From positions 96,102,001 through 96,166,000 of the forward strand of contig NC_086108.1 of the NCBI RefSeq assembly GCF_963921235.1: 64,000 bases of DNA, written 5' to 3'. This document shows, piece by piece, positions 13,074-26,510 of the stretch. Each line of letters opens with the position of its first letter. The stretch's first letter is position 1. Source of the stretch: Mobula hypostoma. Its lineage: Eukaryota. Made by a program: the position numbers and the translations under genes. The notes beneath the pieces were generated by a model. That model saw only the letters and a program-made list of their open reading frames with translations. It searched no databases and was not told the origin of the DNA.

Positions 13074-13430
13074 GCCATGAGACCATAAGACAAAGAAGAA
13101 GAATTAGGGCTGTTCAGTTTCTCAGGTCTGCTCTACCATTCCATCATGGCTGATTCATTATCCCTTTCAACCCCTTTCTCCTGCCATCGCTCTGTAAGCT
13201 TCGACACCCTGGCTAATCAAGAACCTATCAACCTCTGCTTTAAATATACACAATGACTTGGCTCCATAGCCGTCTGTGGCAATGAATTCAATGGATTTAC
13301 CACCCTCTGGCTAAAGAAATTCGCCCTCATCTGTCTTCTAAATGGACGTCACTTTTCTCTGAGGCTGTAACCTTGACTCCCCCACTTTCTCTCTATCTAG
13401 GCCCTTCAAAATTTAATAGATTTCAATGAT
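13074..13430 (-). mobile_element. CR1-type LINE 3' end
   Basis: Homologous to 6397-6800 and to the reverse complement of 11432-11755. Confidence 0.75.
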
Positions 13431-16400
13431 GAAACTTACTCTGACTTCTTGAAAATAAGTCAATAAATTAGCATGCAGGTACAGCTTACAATTAGGAGAG
13501 CAAACAACATTAGAAGAGCATTTGTTAAAATGTTATAAGCATTTCTGTACTGTAATAATCTAACTCATTGACTCTACAGGGCATGATGTTGTAATAGTAT
13601 TCAGTTTGCTGAACACAAAGTTCTAAACTCTGACAAAGACTTTATGCCTTATCAGAGATAAATAAACACGCGCACACTCATTAAAGAGAGATTATAATGT
13701 AACTACCCAATTTTCAAAGACTAGTTTACTTCCCTGTTTATTCTCAATGGCAAGATTTAGCTGCCAATACAATTTGAGTGTTGGGTCCCCCATTCCTACT
13801 AAGGAGAATATATAGTACTTCCAGCTAACAAAGTAGTTTAAACACAGTTAATATATTTTCAGTGATACCTGTGTAAATCCAAACAATGTTCTTAAAAACA
13901 TATAAAACTCTCTCCAAATTACAAACCATTTCTAAACACAAAGGATTTCCAAAACTTAAAACACATGCCAATAATGTGGACAAGCAAATTGTCCACCGCA
14001 GAAAACGGAGCCAAAGTAATGGATTCTAGTCTTCCTATAATTCTTCTTTATGTTCTTCACTCCTTGTAAGCCTAAACTGCACTCTCTGTATATCTACCTT
14101 TTTTTCTACCACGTGGGTGACTTCACTCGTATATTTCCTCACATTCCCTTTTAATACAAATGATCTAAAAGCATTTTGGAAACATAGATCTCAGCTTAAT
14201 GTTCACAATTTACAATTAATATTATAAACTAACCTCCTTGAGTACATAAACTTTCAACACTAAACATGTCAGTTATTTAATATGCTGAATGATTTTATCC
14301 ATCTGGTTCTACATGCCTCCTTGAACTAAGCAACCCAGAATCAGCTTGTCTGTTTGTAACAAGCCAAATTAAAGACCCATTGTCTTATACAACATCTCAA
14401 GTAGCAATAAACCAGGCGTGGTGAGCTAAATCTTACTTCTCACAGACAGGGTGTCTACTATCTAAGGAGCTCATTTGCAAAGCTGTTCTATAGAGAGTAT
14501 TTGTTTTAACTTCAAGCTGATTACTTTTTGCCACTTACATTTTAAGAACTGAAGACTGACTACCATTTATAACCAGAAATCAAACAACTGTTAGTTGGGA
14601 GTTTACTTAAAACTATTTGTGATCTTATAAGTGGTAGCTGCTGTGTTTAGAAAGCAAGAATAGCAAACAACCAAGAGGCCTACTGGCCTGGAGTAACTAT
14701 CCATCACAGTGTTAATTAACATGCTGGTCAAATGAATGTGTCCTCAGCTCTGGTCCACTGTTTTGAACCAAGATATTGACCATTCCCTTCCTTCCATGGA
14801 TGTTGTTCAACTTGCTAGATATCTTTGATTCCTTGCAGTTACTTGCATTGAAAAAATGGAAAATGAACAGTGGATATGTAAAGGCTATCATCAGATTCAC
14901 TGATGGCTCATTGGATGTCATGTGATATGGATGTTGAAACAAAAAAAATGGAGAGAGAGAGAATTGAAATTAATTCTGCTATTCATAGAAACAAATGTTT
15001 ATACATGCATCAGAGTTTAATTTAATAATATTACGGGAGCTTGTTCATATAGAATTTCCTGAGGTTGACCCAGCATAAGACAAGCAGATTTCCCTTCATC
15101 TGCGGCTGAACCATTGTGAGAGGAGCAACTGCTGCGTTCTTGTTCTTGCAGAAACATGGCTACTCAACAACATCAAGGCACCATCAATCTTCAGGCCATG
15201 CCACTCAGGGACTTGTGCTAATATTTTTTGTGTGATTGTATTTGCTCTGGCATGATATGCACTGTGAGCTGTGTGTGACTGTATGTACTGTGTTTTGCAC
15301 CTTGGCTCTGGAGCAACGCTGTTTCGTTCAGTTCTATACATGTCTATGGTTGAACAACAATTAAACTTGAACTTGATGTGGGGGTGTCCATAAGTTGGCT
15401 GGTCATCACCAAGTTTGGCAGATACTTCCATAATTTTTAAGAATTAACCAGAAAGGCAATGGACTTGCTAAGGTATAGAAAGCTATTCTATATATATAAA
15501 GTGCTAGTCAATTGGATGACTATAGATAGGTATAGTATCTGATTTTTCACATAGACATACTGGTCTTGTTTCCACGCTGTTTGACTTTCTGAAAGTGAGG
15601 AATGAGAACGGTCCAGAGAAGTACTGGAATATCAGAGTCTGAGTAAACAGTCAAAATTGCTGAGTTTGTGGTCAGTGATGCCTGAAAGAAAGAATAAAGC
15701 GCTTGGGCGCTGTGGAACTAGTTCCATTTTGCTGGACGAGGTGAGGTTCGCCATTCTGATTTCATCTCGTTGGATGAATGCTGGTCTGGGGAGCTTATTA
15801 TCACTACACGAACGTATTTAATGGTCGCTCTGTATTTGTGGGATACCAGCAAACCTCTGTGCCTGCTCATTCTGACTAACCTCGCTGATGGTAAAGTTGT
15901 TGAATACTCCAACCTCTGTAGAAAATCGCATCTGTTACCAACTGAAACATTGATAAGCAGCTGCTGGACTGAGAAACAGCTGACTGCAAAAAATACAAAA
16001 GCCGAGAAAGGATCTCATATTGTAAGAATGATCACTTTCTGCGCCAGTTGGGGGGGGGGGGTGACTATAAAACAAAAATTGGCTGTATTTCTTAAAATAG
16101 TTGGCGTCGTTTTTCCTATGTGCGTCAATGGACGGTAACCATCCCACAAGGGACTAACGTTGCACTGCATTTATGTTCCAGCAGATGGCAGATAAGCACC
16201 AGTGATTATGACCCTCAAAAAAAACACCTACCAACACTACCAAGTCCAATATCTCAGCAGCCTAGTGCAATATTGTTAGATTGCCCTGATTTGTCCAAAC
16301 CACAAAATGACATCAATTGTGGGATGTGTTTTTCATCTAGCTTTTGTATAAAGAGCTGCTTACACTAAAACATAAATATAGGCTTAACAGCTGCAACCAG

Positions 16401-18755
16401 AACTCAAATTTCGCAACTGTTGGCAGGTAATGGATACCTTAAAAATAAGTGGCAGCGATAAACTAGATTGTTGGGGAATTAATTCTATTTTTTAATGATG
16501 ACGTACAGTTGTAATATTTGTTTTGTTTTGTTTTTTTAGTCATGTAGGATTTTCAGTATTTTATGATTTGATATGTACCTATATACTGAGGTAACATTGA
16601 GGTTAAATGCTCCGTAATATTATTCAAGGTAAACAGTGTAGTGCTAATTTGATTGACAATCGTGGCAATAATTATACTCAGAATTCTAGAGATCTCCTTT
16701 TAGTTAGTAATTAGTAAATCACTCGGCTAACATTTTAAGGAAATTCTACTACGTAATGTGCACAGATTGAGAGTTTCTTGTTATTCTCCAACACTTCAGA
16801 GAGTGAATTTGATGTGCTATCTGGCCTGTTACGTTTTGCAGTGTTGTCTGATCGCCCTTTCTACACTGTTTGTTTTGGGCTCGGTTAACTTACGAATCCT
16901 ATCCGAAAACTCCTGCGATCCAAAACAGAGGCTTTTGTAGATGTGAACTTATTTCGCGGGGAAAGCTTGCGTGAATCGTTTCCGAAGACCTCTAGAGTCG
17001 TTTTGGCTTTTAAAATAAATACTTCCTTCAAGGGTGTTGTAGATATTTGTTTAATAATGCGTGGTAGTTATTCAAGAACGCAGAAATATTTGGCGCCAAT
17101 CACTCAAAGCCAGGATTAAAAAGAGTTCAATCGCTAGCAGTTAGTGTTCATTTTAAATACTATCCAATGATTAACTGCAAAAATAGGCAACGAACTTGAG
17201 ATCATATTCCAGAAAGCAATGTGGGGCTTGAAGTATTTTGAATATTTTGGTGCACTTGGGGACCAATATCGCAACAACGAATTGCACATATCAGCTAAAT
17301 GTTTATCTCGTCAGGAGTGTGATACTCAGCACGTGACGTTTGGATCCTTGCCTGGAATCGGAGTGATTGAGCTGCGCATTCCACTCGAGCTGGCTCTCTA
17401 GCTCGCTTTCTTTTCTCTACTTATGATAATATTTTCTCTGGTCACGCATATTTTATCAACTTGTCCCTCCACTCAACGGAGCATGCGTTATATTTTTTCA
17501 CTGTATTATAGTCCTCTTTCTTTAACGGAAGGGGTCTCTCCCAATTTCAATAAACTAAGTTGTGAGAAAATATTCAGTGCGACCTTTGAACAGGTATTGT
17601 TAAGTCCCGACCTGCACCTTCCCAATTCACACCTTCACAATTCGAGAATATTCGGTCACGGAATCATACAGCGTGGAAACAGACACCACCACCCAATTGG
17701 TCCATGCCGACCAAAATGCCCAAGCGAACAGATGCCTGCGTTTGGTCATAACTTCTAATCCTTTAAGTATAGAACTTCTGTGTACAGCCTTGCACGCAAT
17801 AACACTCAATAGGTAATTAACTAGGCCTCATTTGTTCATCTGCCTCATTTTTAGTAAATACTTAGAACAGCGGAAACTTTGAAAAATGCTAACAATAACC
17901 TGAACAGCCAATTGATAGAAAGTCGACCAATCAGTACAGCAAGTCGTAGTATATTGTTGGCTTAGTGGGGGGAGGTGAGTAATGGGGCAATAGGGCGGTT
18001 TTGAACTGCATTCCACTTTTTTAAACTATGAAAAAGTGGAATTTGTGTTCAGTTTTGACGGTGTAATCTTTCCCAATGAAGCCTTTCCTTCCATTTATTT
18101 TAAATCAGGGCTCGTGATTCAGATTTAAATCAGAATTGTAAATGAATGTCGACTGTTTATTCCTCTTCATAGATATTGTCTGTCCTCCTGAGCCCCTCCA
18201 GCATTTTGTGTGTGTGTGTTGCTCTGGATTTTCAGCATCTGCGGTATCTGTATTCCTTATGTGCTTTAAATAAAGCTTTGTTTAAGCACCAGCCCCGACA
18301 AGTAATGCCCAGATAATGCGCAACTACTCAGTCAGCAGGTAATTTCCACTATCACTTGATCAGGAGCGCAGAGTGCTTAAACAGAGACGCGAAGGTACTT
18401 TGTAACAGTGCCGATCTCTCTCAGAACCCCCAGAGACAGAAGATGCAAAGAAAATAGAAGGCTTAGGGTGGAGGCGGGACTAAACACCAGATGAACTTGA
18501 GATATAGTGTGTATGATCTGCAGAAAGAAAGATTTCTATTTATAAGCACCATTCATTATCCCAAGAGCCTTCCATGTAGAAAGCATTGCAGTGTAGAAAA
18601 TGCAACGGTCCGCTTACGCTGAGAAAGCGCATGCAAGCCGCAGGAGGACGGTGCAGTGATAGTCTGTTCTATTAATATTGTTCGAGGTGGAGGTGTAAGT
18701 ATTGGCCAGGATAGTAAAGATAAATCACTTCCTTTTTGGAATGATAGCACGACAT

Positions 18756-18835
18756 CAGGGGTTCCCAACCTTCTTTATGCCACGGACCCCTACCACTAAT
18801 CGAGGGGCCCGTGGACCCCAGAAATGGAACCCCTA
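18756..18835. mobile_element. 80-bp hAT (Charlie-type) MITE
   Basis: TIR CAGGGGTTCCCAACC ... GGAACCCCTA; 8-bp TSD CACGACAT / CACGCCAT; same family as 52124-52203. Confidence 0.85.
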
Positions 18836-19192
18836 CACGCCATGTTTTGAGTCCCACCTGAGAGGACCGGTGGTGATCCCTTTTGAAGTTGATTCCAACT
18901 GGTGATAGTGCAGCACGACAATATCAACACGTCGCGTCTTCTGATCCGAACACCGATAGCCATCTTCTCCGAGTATTCAGAGCAGAAATCCTGAGCAACA
19001 TGTCCTTCCAAGAGGCAATCTTTTTAAAAGAGATCGGCCTCCTTAACTAAGGACGGTACTGACATAGATACTTATTGTATAAGGCATTAGCAATCTTTAT
19101 AAAGGCGTCACTAAGTTTCAGTTGTCCCGATGTAGCCTAATTTATATAATTCATATTATAAAAACAATTAAAAAGGGCTCAGCAATCTAATA

Positions 19193-19415
19193 TAGAAACA
19201 GAGAAACACAGAAAACCTACAGCACAATACAGGCCCTTCGGCCCACAATGCTGTGCCAAACATGTACTTACTTTAGAAATTACCTAGGGTTACCCATGCC
19301 CACTGTTTTTCTAAACTCCAGGCACCTATCCAGGAGTCTCTTAAAAGACCCTATCGTATCCGCCTCCACCACCGTCGCCGGCAGCCCATTCCACGCACCC
19401 ACCACTCTATGTGTA
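19193..19415 (-). mobile_element. CR1-type LINE 3' end
   Basis: (TAGAAACA)n reverse tail; closely similar to 32087-32300. Confidence 0.8.
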
Positions 19416-19736
19416 AAATAATTAAATCGATTACCCAGAATAACATTTCCTCTTTCTGGTCAGGTTATCATTGTGGATTCAGAAGCAACATGTTCCATCT
19501 TCACAACCTTCTTGGTTTCAAAAGACATTCATTGATGCGCTATAGAAATCTTTAAGATGTTATATACACGTATCTCCAAAGTGCAGTTAAAATAATGGAT
19601 GCAAAAAACAATTAGTTTATAGTACCATTCAAGATAGTCAAGATAGTAGCATTGAAGAAGCCTAAACGCAGAGTGGATTGTAGATGCTTGTTTTTTTTAA
19701 AAAAACTGAAAGGATGGGAAAGAAAAGAATTATTGC

Positions 19737-19925
19737 AAACACGGGGAAGTCTGCAGATGCTGGAAACCCAAGGCAACGCACCCAAAATACTGAAGGAACT
19801 CAGTAGGTCAGACAGCATCTATTATATAGATTCTGTCCTGCCGAAGGATCTCGTTCCGAAACGTCGACTATCTACTTACTTCCAAAGATGCTGCCTGACC
19901 TGCTGAGTTCCTTCAGCATTTTGTA
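19737..19925. mobile_element. Fold-back Penelope-derived short element
   Basis: Inverted arms CAAAATACTGAAGGAACTCAGTAGGTCAGACAGCATCT / AGATGCTGCCTGACCTGCTGAGTTCCTTCAGCATTTTG around a hammerhead-like core at 19835-19869. Confidence 0.8.
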
Positions 19926-20739
19926 AAGGGTATTGTGCTAGTTAGATCAGTGGTTTGGATAAAGAAGCGCCAAATTTGAAGATGGTTCCAACTGGATGTA
20001 TGGGGTAAAATGAGAACCAACAGGCGACAGGCCGGGTTTAAATAACAGAGATAAGCGTACTGAACAATGGGACTTCAAATGTATTACTGACCAATAAGAT
20101 TTCTCGTTCATTGCAGTAATTGACGTGCATGCAACGTTCTCTAAAGAATGACGGCTCAATCTTCCCAACAGGGTATTTATTTGAAGTGCCTCAAATAGAT
20201 GAAAATCTTATATCAAAATTAGCTAGTCTCATCTTAAAATGAGACAATTAGTGGTAAATTATTTTGCTGAATCTGACTCCTTTTGCTCCCAACCTGCAAA
20301 GATCTCGTCCCGATCTCTTTTGTGGTTAAAAATGTTAATGTACTTTAACTATTTCCAAGTGCTCCTTCTTTGAGACCCACGGTGTTCGTGCAACTTACTT
20401 GCCTACTTATCATTTCGTTCCTTTGCGGAAATATCAAATTTGCAGGAGGGAAACCCCCTACAGAACTGTCAAGAATATCATTTTGTGAGCCGCATACATC
20501 CGAATTTATTAACTCTGCTACAGAATGGGGCAACCTGTCCAATGGCAGAATAAGCTGTGCAATTTTTCACTACCACACTTGTTTCAAAACATTCCTCAAC
20601 CCTATCCTCGGGATGTTTTTTTCTCCTCTTCCTTACCTCCAAAAAGCTTTCCCTGAGATTTGGGGCAAAATATTGAATTTCAAAGCTTTTCACTCCTGCT
20701 AAGCATGATCCTGTGTGACACCACAGTCGCAGTTCTGTT

Positions 20740-21000
20740 CCAAAACCCCGCGGCTCGTTTCCAACCCCTGTCGATCTGCGCGCTCTCCCCGCCTCCGTGT
20801 GCAGGTCTACCCAATCAGACGTGCGCGTGCGGGTGACGTAACGGCATGCGGGCTGTGGGCGGAGCCGCGGGGCCGAGGTGCACGCGAATGGGGAGCATGC
20901 GCCCTGGCGGTTTTCGGGCAGAGTGAGCCGAGTCGATTGGCGCGGCGTGAAGACGGCGGCGGTCGGGGAGCAACGAGCAGCAGGCAGTGTGTGTGTGTCC
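20740..21000 (+). promoter_or_regulatory. CpG-island, TATA-less promoter of TGFBR3
   Basis: Densest non-repeat GC/CpG segment of the window. GC boxes at 20787-20796 and 20857-20864, CCAAT at 20811-20815, reverse ATTGG at 20936-20940, CRE/ATF-like TGACGTAA at 20834-20841, NRF1-like TGCGCGTGCG at 20822. Lies upstream of a splice donor and the signal-peptide exon. Confidence 0.8.
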
Positions 21001-21331
21001 TCAGCAAAGCCGACGGACACTCGCCGTGTGCAGGGACGGTCGGAAGCTAGCCTCGCCTACAGCTCTCTCCGAACCAGAGCCTTTGCAAACTCAAGTGTGA
21101 GGTTTCAAACTCGGGCCTGCGTGAGTGTTTTTACGTTGCCCCGTTTTGACAGCTCGAGCAACTTGCGAGATGTGGTCCTTTTAACAGCTGAGGAGCAGAC
21201 TTGATCCAAACCTGCCCGCGGAGCTGCTGCGCCGAGCCTCTGGAGGAATAACCCCAAACAGAGAGGGAGCCTCTCCTCTTTCCCCTTGCTCCTCGTTCAT
21301 GTTTGACGAACCGTGTGAAGTTTATTTTTTG
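20960..21331 (+). other. TGFBR3: TGFBR3 non-coding exon 1 (start approximate, TSS unknown)
   Basis: Donor TTG|GTGAGT at 21331/21332 at the 3' edge of the CpG island; another candidate donor TGC|GTGAGT at 21120/21121. Mammalian TGFBR3 also has a non-coding first exon. Confidence 0.6.
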
Positions 21332-22899
21332 GTGAGTTCCTTTCTTCACGTGGCTCGTTTGATAGCATCTGAAAGTCAACCGAATGAAAGCATATTTGTT
21401 AATTGCATGCATATGCTACAGTATTTGTGAGTTAAGAGTTGCACGGTGTTGTAGGTGAGCGATGTGCAAAAATAATGACTTGCAGCTTGCATCTATCTAG
21501 GCCTACGTGTACGCGAATCTTACTAATGAATTTGTTTACCAGTAGGCAATTTCTACAGAATCAATACCGTTAGAGGTGACTTTGAACTTTTACGCGTTTT
21601 TTTTGATCAGTCGCAAAAGGGAAAGGAGATTGGAGGTGGGAGGAATCCTGCCTTTTAGCCAACATTCCAAGTCAAGTCTGTTGCCATATGGAAAAGTAAT
21701 TTTGTTTTTTCCTTTAAACAGTTGAGAAGATAAGCAGGATCAATTGATTTTTTTGCGTTCTCCTGAATATCTCCTTGCATATCTCCTGAAAAAGAAACTA
21801 ATGTTATAAATCGGCTTGGGGATCCCGACATTAATGGGTGAATGTTTTGAACTCGTATAAATCTGAATTGATGGCACCAACTCCTGCTATCCCGTGTTCA
21901 AGTTTCAGTGTTCGTTTTGAGCTTTATCGATGTTAGATGGCTCTTAGAATTAAAATCATCAATTAGAGTTGGTATTAATTTGTATCGATTGACAGGGATG
22001 TTATACTGGAAGGAAAGATCGATTTCTTTTTACTTAAATTGTAGTTTGAGTCTCCAAATTTCAAAGTTCAAAGTAAATTTACTATCACAGTACATAGATG
22101 TCATCATTTTCTTGCGGACATACTTAATAAGTCCAATAACCGTAATAGAATGAATGAAAGACTACATCAATAGGGTGGAAAACCAATGTGCAAAAGACAA
22201 CAAACTGTGAAAATACAAAAAGAAAGAATAAAATAAATAATAGTAAATAAATAAGCAATAATATTGGGAACATGAGATGAGGAGTCCTTGAAAATGGCTC
22301 TTCACTTATTGTTCAACTAGCCCTAAGTATTATCTCATCCAGGCCAGATAGACAGCAGTGATTGCAAAAAGTGTACCTTGGGCCACAAGTAGACAGACTT
22401 CCAATTATTTTGTTTTCTTTACCCCTTTGACATCAAAAATAATGTGAAGGTTGAAGTTACAGTGTACTGCAGAGTCTAAAAGAAATTACTGTTCTTTTTC
22501 ATAATCTCAAGATGCCTCAAAGCTCTTCCTGGCCATTTATGTGGGAGAACAGCAAGGAAGGCAGTTTGAATGTTTCAGGTACTTCAAAAAAAAAGAGATA
22601 ATGCCCATTTAATGTTTTAAATGTATTTAGTTGAGAGAAAGATATTGGCAAGGGCATGGAAATAAAGTCTGCTCCCTATATTAAACAAAGACTTTGATAT
22701 ACACGTTTCTAAATTGGGTGGGATTGCTGTACTGTAAATGAAAAACTTCAGAAAAATAGTTTCTCGTCTTGTAAATACAGGAATTTGCTTGATGATATTT
22801 ATAATCTTTGAAATATTTTTTTTAAGTGCTGTGATTTTTTTAAAATCAAAATGTCAGAATTCAGAAGATATTAAGAAAGCTTGCTTGTACAAGTTGTAA

Positions 22900-23052
22900 G
22901 CACAAGAGATTCAGCAGATGCTGGAAATTCAGAGTAACACACACGGTGCTGGAGGAACTCAGCAGGTCAGGCAGCATCTACGGAGAGCAGTAAAGAGCTT
23001 GCGTATTGGCTGAGACCCTTCAAGTCCTGATGAAGGATCTCAGCTCAAAACA
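22900..23052. mobile_element. Penelope-derived short element with short inverted arm
   Basis: Same family as 8063-8281; palindrome GCTGAGACCCTTCA-AGTCC-TGATGAAGGATCTCAGC at the hammerhead motif. Confidence 0.75.
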
Positions 23053-23344
23053 CAGACAAGACGTAATTGTACAAAGAGTTGACATCAAAACAGAGAGAAA
23101 TCAGTATGCAGTACTCTAATCCATGTGGTTTTGAGTTGTGACAAAATGCCAATTTGATGCCATTTCCCTGTATTTCCATTGTTCATTTTGTGGTTACTTG
23201 TAAGGCAAATTTTTAAATGTAAACTACTTTATGTCCAAAGATGATTCATTTATTGCACCAGAGACACTGCTGTGGAGAGCAAGATTGCAAGAGTACTATG
23301 AAAAGTGTTAGACTTAATTGGATCCAAATGTGTAACAAAACTTT

Positions 23345-23935
23345 AGAATCAGGTTTAATATCGCTGGCATATGTCATGAATTTTGTTAACTTTGTGGCAG
23401 CAGTACACTGAAATACATGATAATAGAGAGAGAAAAAACTGAATTGCAGTGTACAGTATATATATATAAAATAGTTAAATCAAATGAGTTGTGCAAAAAA
23501 TAGAGATTAAAAAAAGGAGTGAGGTAGTGTTCGTGGGTTCAATGTCCATTCAGAAATTGGATGGCAGAGGGGAAAAAGCTATTTCTGAATTGTTGAGTGT
23601 GTGCCTTCACACTTCTGTACTTCTTCCCTGATGGTGCCAGTGAGAACAAGGCATGACCTGGGTGGTGGGGGTTCATAATGGTGGACACCACCTTTTTGAG
23701 GCACTGCTCCTTGAAGATGTCCTGGATTCTACGGAGACTAATGCCCATGACTGAGCTGACTAATTTTACAACTCTCTGCAGTTTACCTCAACCCTGTACA
23801 GTAGACCCCCACCTCCATACCAGATGGTGACGCAGCCAGTTAGAATGCTCTCCGCGGTACGTATGTAGAAATTTGTGATTTTTGGTGACATACCAAATCT
23901 CCTCAATTCCTAATGAAATGTAGCTGCTGTCTTGA
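23345..23935 (-). mobile_element. Rex1/Babar 3' fragment
   Basis: Minus ORF HHPGHALFSLAPSGKKYRSVKAHTQQFRNSFFPSAI; reverse tail AGAATCAGGTTTAAT. Confidence 0.85.
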
Positions 23936-25674
23936 AAGGAGAATGGTAAAGTAAAAGTTTACACTTCACAGTATGTGCAGCACCAGGGAACAAAACTACC
24001 TCTTATTCTGTACCATCTCTTATAATGGATCAAAATGGCTATGGATATTTATTATGCTAATGCTTTGCAGTATTGAAATTAACATTTCACATGCTAAAGG
24101 CATATTGGAACTGCTTCATGTGATAAAACAAATCAAATTGGTTATGGATTGCAGTTGTACTGCATCCACTTGGACTGATAACTTTGAATTGTGAGGTGCA
24201 GCTGGGGGAACAATCATGGCCCTTCTTTACAGCAGTGTGAATTAGTACTGAGGTCAGTGTCAAAGAAATACACTTAGTTTGATGTGAAAAACTGCCCAGG
24301 GAATTCAGTTATTTTTTATTGCAAGTTGGGAAAGTTTCCTTTCTCACTGGGGGCCAGCTATTCTATTGTGCACCTAAACTTGCTTTGCATCAGTGTAGAA
24401 TTGTGTTGTGTAATAAATGACCAGCAAGTCTTGTTAGATCTTTCAATCAACCTCAATTTACAGTGCTGTGGAAAACTGTACTGTGGATGTATTTTAAAAG
24501 AAGACAAGGCGAGTTTGGACTTTAGGTAATGAATATGTGAAAATAAGGAATGTGTCAGTATTGTATATCTTATGTTTGCCAATTTTCAGCCAGCTGTTCA
24601 CTGGAATGTACATTGGATACCACTTGCTTGGCTCCTGTGTGATGAGGTTCATAAAAGGGTGCAATTTCAACAGAAGCAGTCAGCAAAGTTTTTTGATCTA
24701 CCATATTGATAAAATCATTGTGCAGATTTAAATTATACACTCCAGCGCTGGCCTGTCATGCCATTGTTGCTAACTTTTCTGGCTAGTCTTCCCATATCAA
24801 CAACATCTATTAAATTTGTCATAAATACAAAGGCCCTGTGTCGTACCATGGGTGCCATCTGCTGGTAAGTTTTTTTTTGAAAATGTCAACTAAAGCTGAA
24901 ATGTGCATGAACGTTTTGTGAGAACTTGCGGTTACCACATCAGCAAGTTGTATTCAACCTAAAAAGTTCCCTTTGAATTCACTCTTGTTGTCCTGTTTAG
25001 ATTATAGCTTCAAATATTTTTTATGGTAAATGCACAATTTACTTTTCAAATTACTTGAACAATGAATAGTTTTAAACTTTAATAAATTCACATATAGAAA
25101 GTGAGTACAAAAAGATACTCAGAAAATTTTGTTCAGTGAATCTCTTCTATTTTAAGGGATTGCTATTCACAGATTTAATCATGATGTGATAGGACAACAG
25201 GGGTCCTGACCCATGTTCGTTCTTCTGGACATATGTTTTAGATTAGATCTGTGGCAGCTGTGGATTCATGTCAGATTTGGAGAAAATAACATTTTACTCA
25301 GCTTTTGTTTATTTCTCATCTGTTTTTTTAATTTAAAAAAGAACTTCCAGTTCCTTTAACTGACAAGTTATCAAGTTCAAGATGCACAGGAAGATTTTTG
25401 AGTAGTAAACAGTTTTAGCTGACAGTGTAATTGAAAGTTATGTAACAGTTCAAATGTTACATGACGTTTGCTCTTTGATCCAAATTTTAACCTGACCCAT
25501 TAGCGGGTGTAGATGAATCAATTAATCAAAGATACAACTTTGTGGTTACCAGATGTCACCATGTACCAAAGACTGCTTCGAAAGCAAGTGAAGAGGGTAT
25601 TACACAGGGTTTCATTACTGAATATAACTCAGTAGCATATTTCCCATTTTATCTATATACAACCAAATGACAGT

Positions 25675-26510
25675 TGAGGATCATGTTTGTTATCACTGAC
25701 TTAGCTTTTGAAATTGTTTTGCTGTAGCTGGAAGTAGAAAGATTTATAATGATAATACATTACAAGGTAAATAGTGCAAAAAGAATGGAATAACATGGTC
25801 TGTTTAGAAATCTGACAGCAGAGGGGAAGAAGATATTCCTAAATTATTGTGTGAGTATTCAGGCTCCTCTACCCCCCGCCATCCCCACTCCCAAGATGAT
25901 TGTAATGAGAAGAGGGCCTGTCCTGGCTGGTGAGGGTCCTGAGTGACAGATGCTGCTTCTTGAGGTACCACCTGTTGAAGGTGTTCTAGTGGTGGGGAAG
26001 GTCATTGGGTCGTGCCCATTATGGAGCTGGTAGTGTTTATAACCCTTTGCATCTGTTTTTTTTTGATTCTCTGCATTGGATTTTCCATATCAGTCAGAAT
26101 GTTCTCCACTGTACATCTATAAAAATCAGTGAGAGTCTTTGGTTATTTACTGAATCTCCTCAAATATCTAATGAAGTGAGCTGCTGGCATGCTTTCCTCA
26201 TGATTGTATCAGTCTGTTGGACCCAGGATATGATATGTCCTCTAAAATATGATGCCCAAGAACTTCAAGCTGCTCAGCTTTTCACACAATTGACCCCTCA
26301 GTGAGGATTGGCATGTTTTCTTTTGATTTTCATTCCCCTTCCTGAAGTCCTTGACAGTTCCTTGGACTTGCTCACATTGAGTGCAAGGTTGTTGTTGCCA
26401 TACCACTCAACCGATCAAACTGTTCACTTCTGTATGCCTTCTTGTTACCATCTGAGATTTTAGCAACAACAGTGGCATTTATAAATGGTGTTTGAAATGT
26501 GTTCTGAGTG
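25675..26510 (-). mobile_element. Older Rex1/Babar 3' fragment
   Basis: Degenerate homology to 4015-4900. Confidence 0.7.

Noticed and set aside
1..15600. Exons of a divergent upstream gene (BRDT is the neighbour in mammals, from memory)
   Set aside because: No bromodomain-like or other host coding sequence was recognisable on either strand.
20478..21204. Several 100-180-aa ORFs on both strands
   Set aside because: By-product of the GC-rich promoter island; no recognisable protein features.
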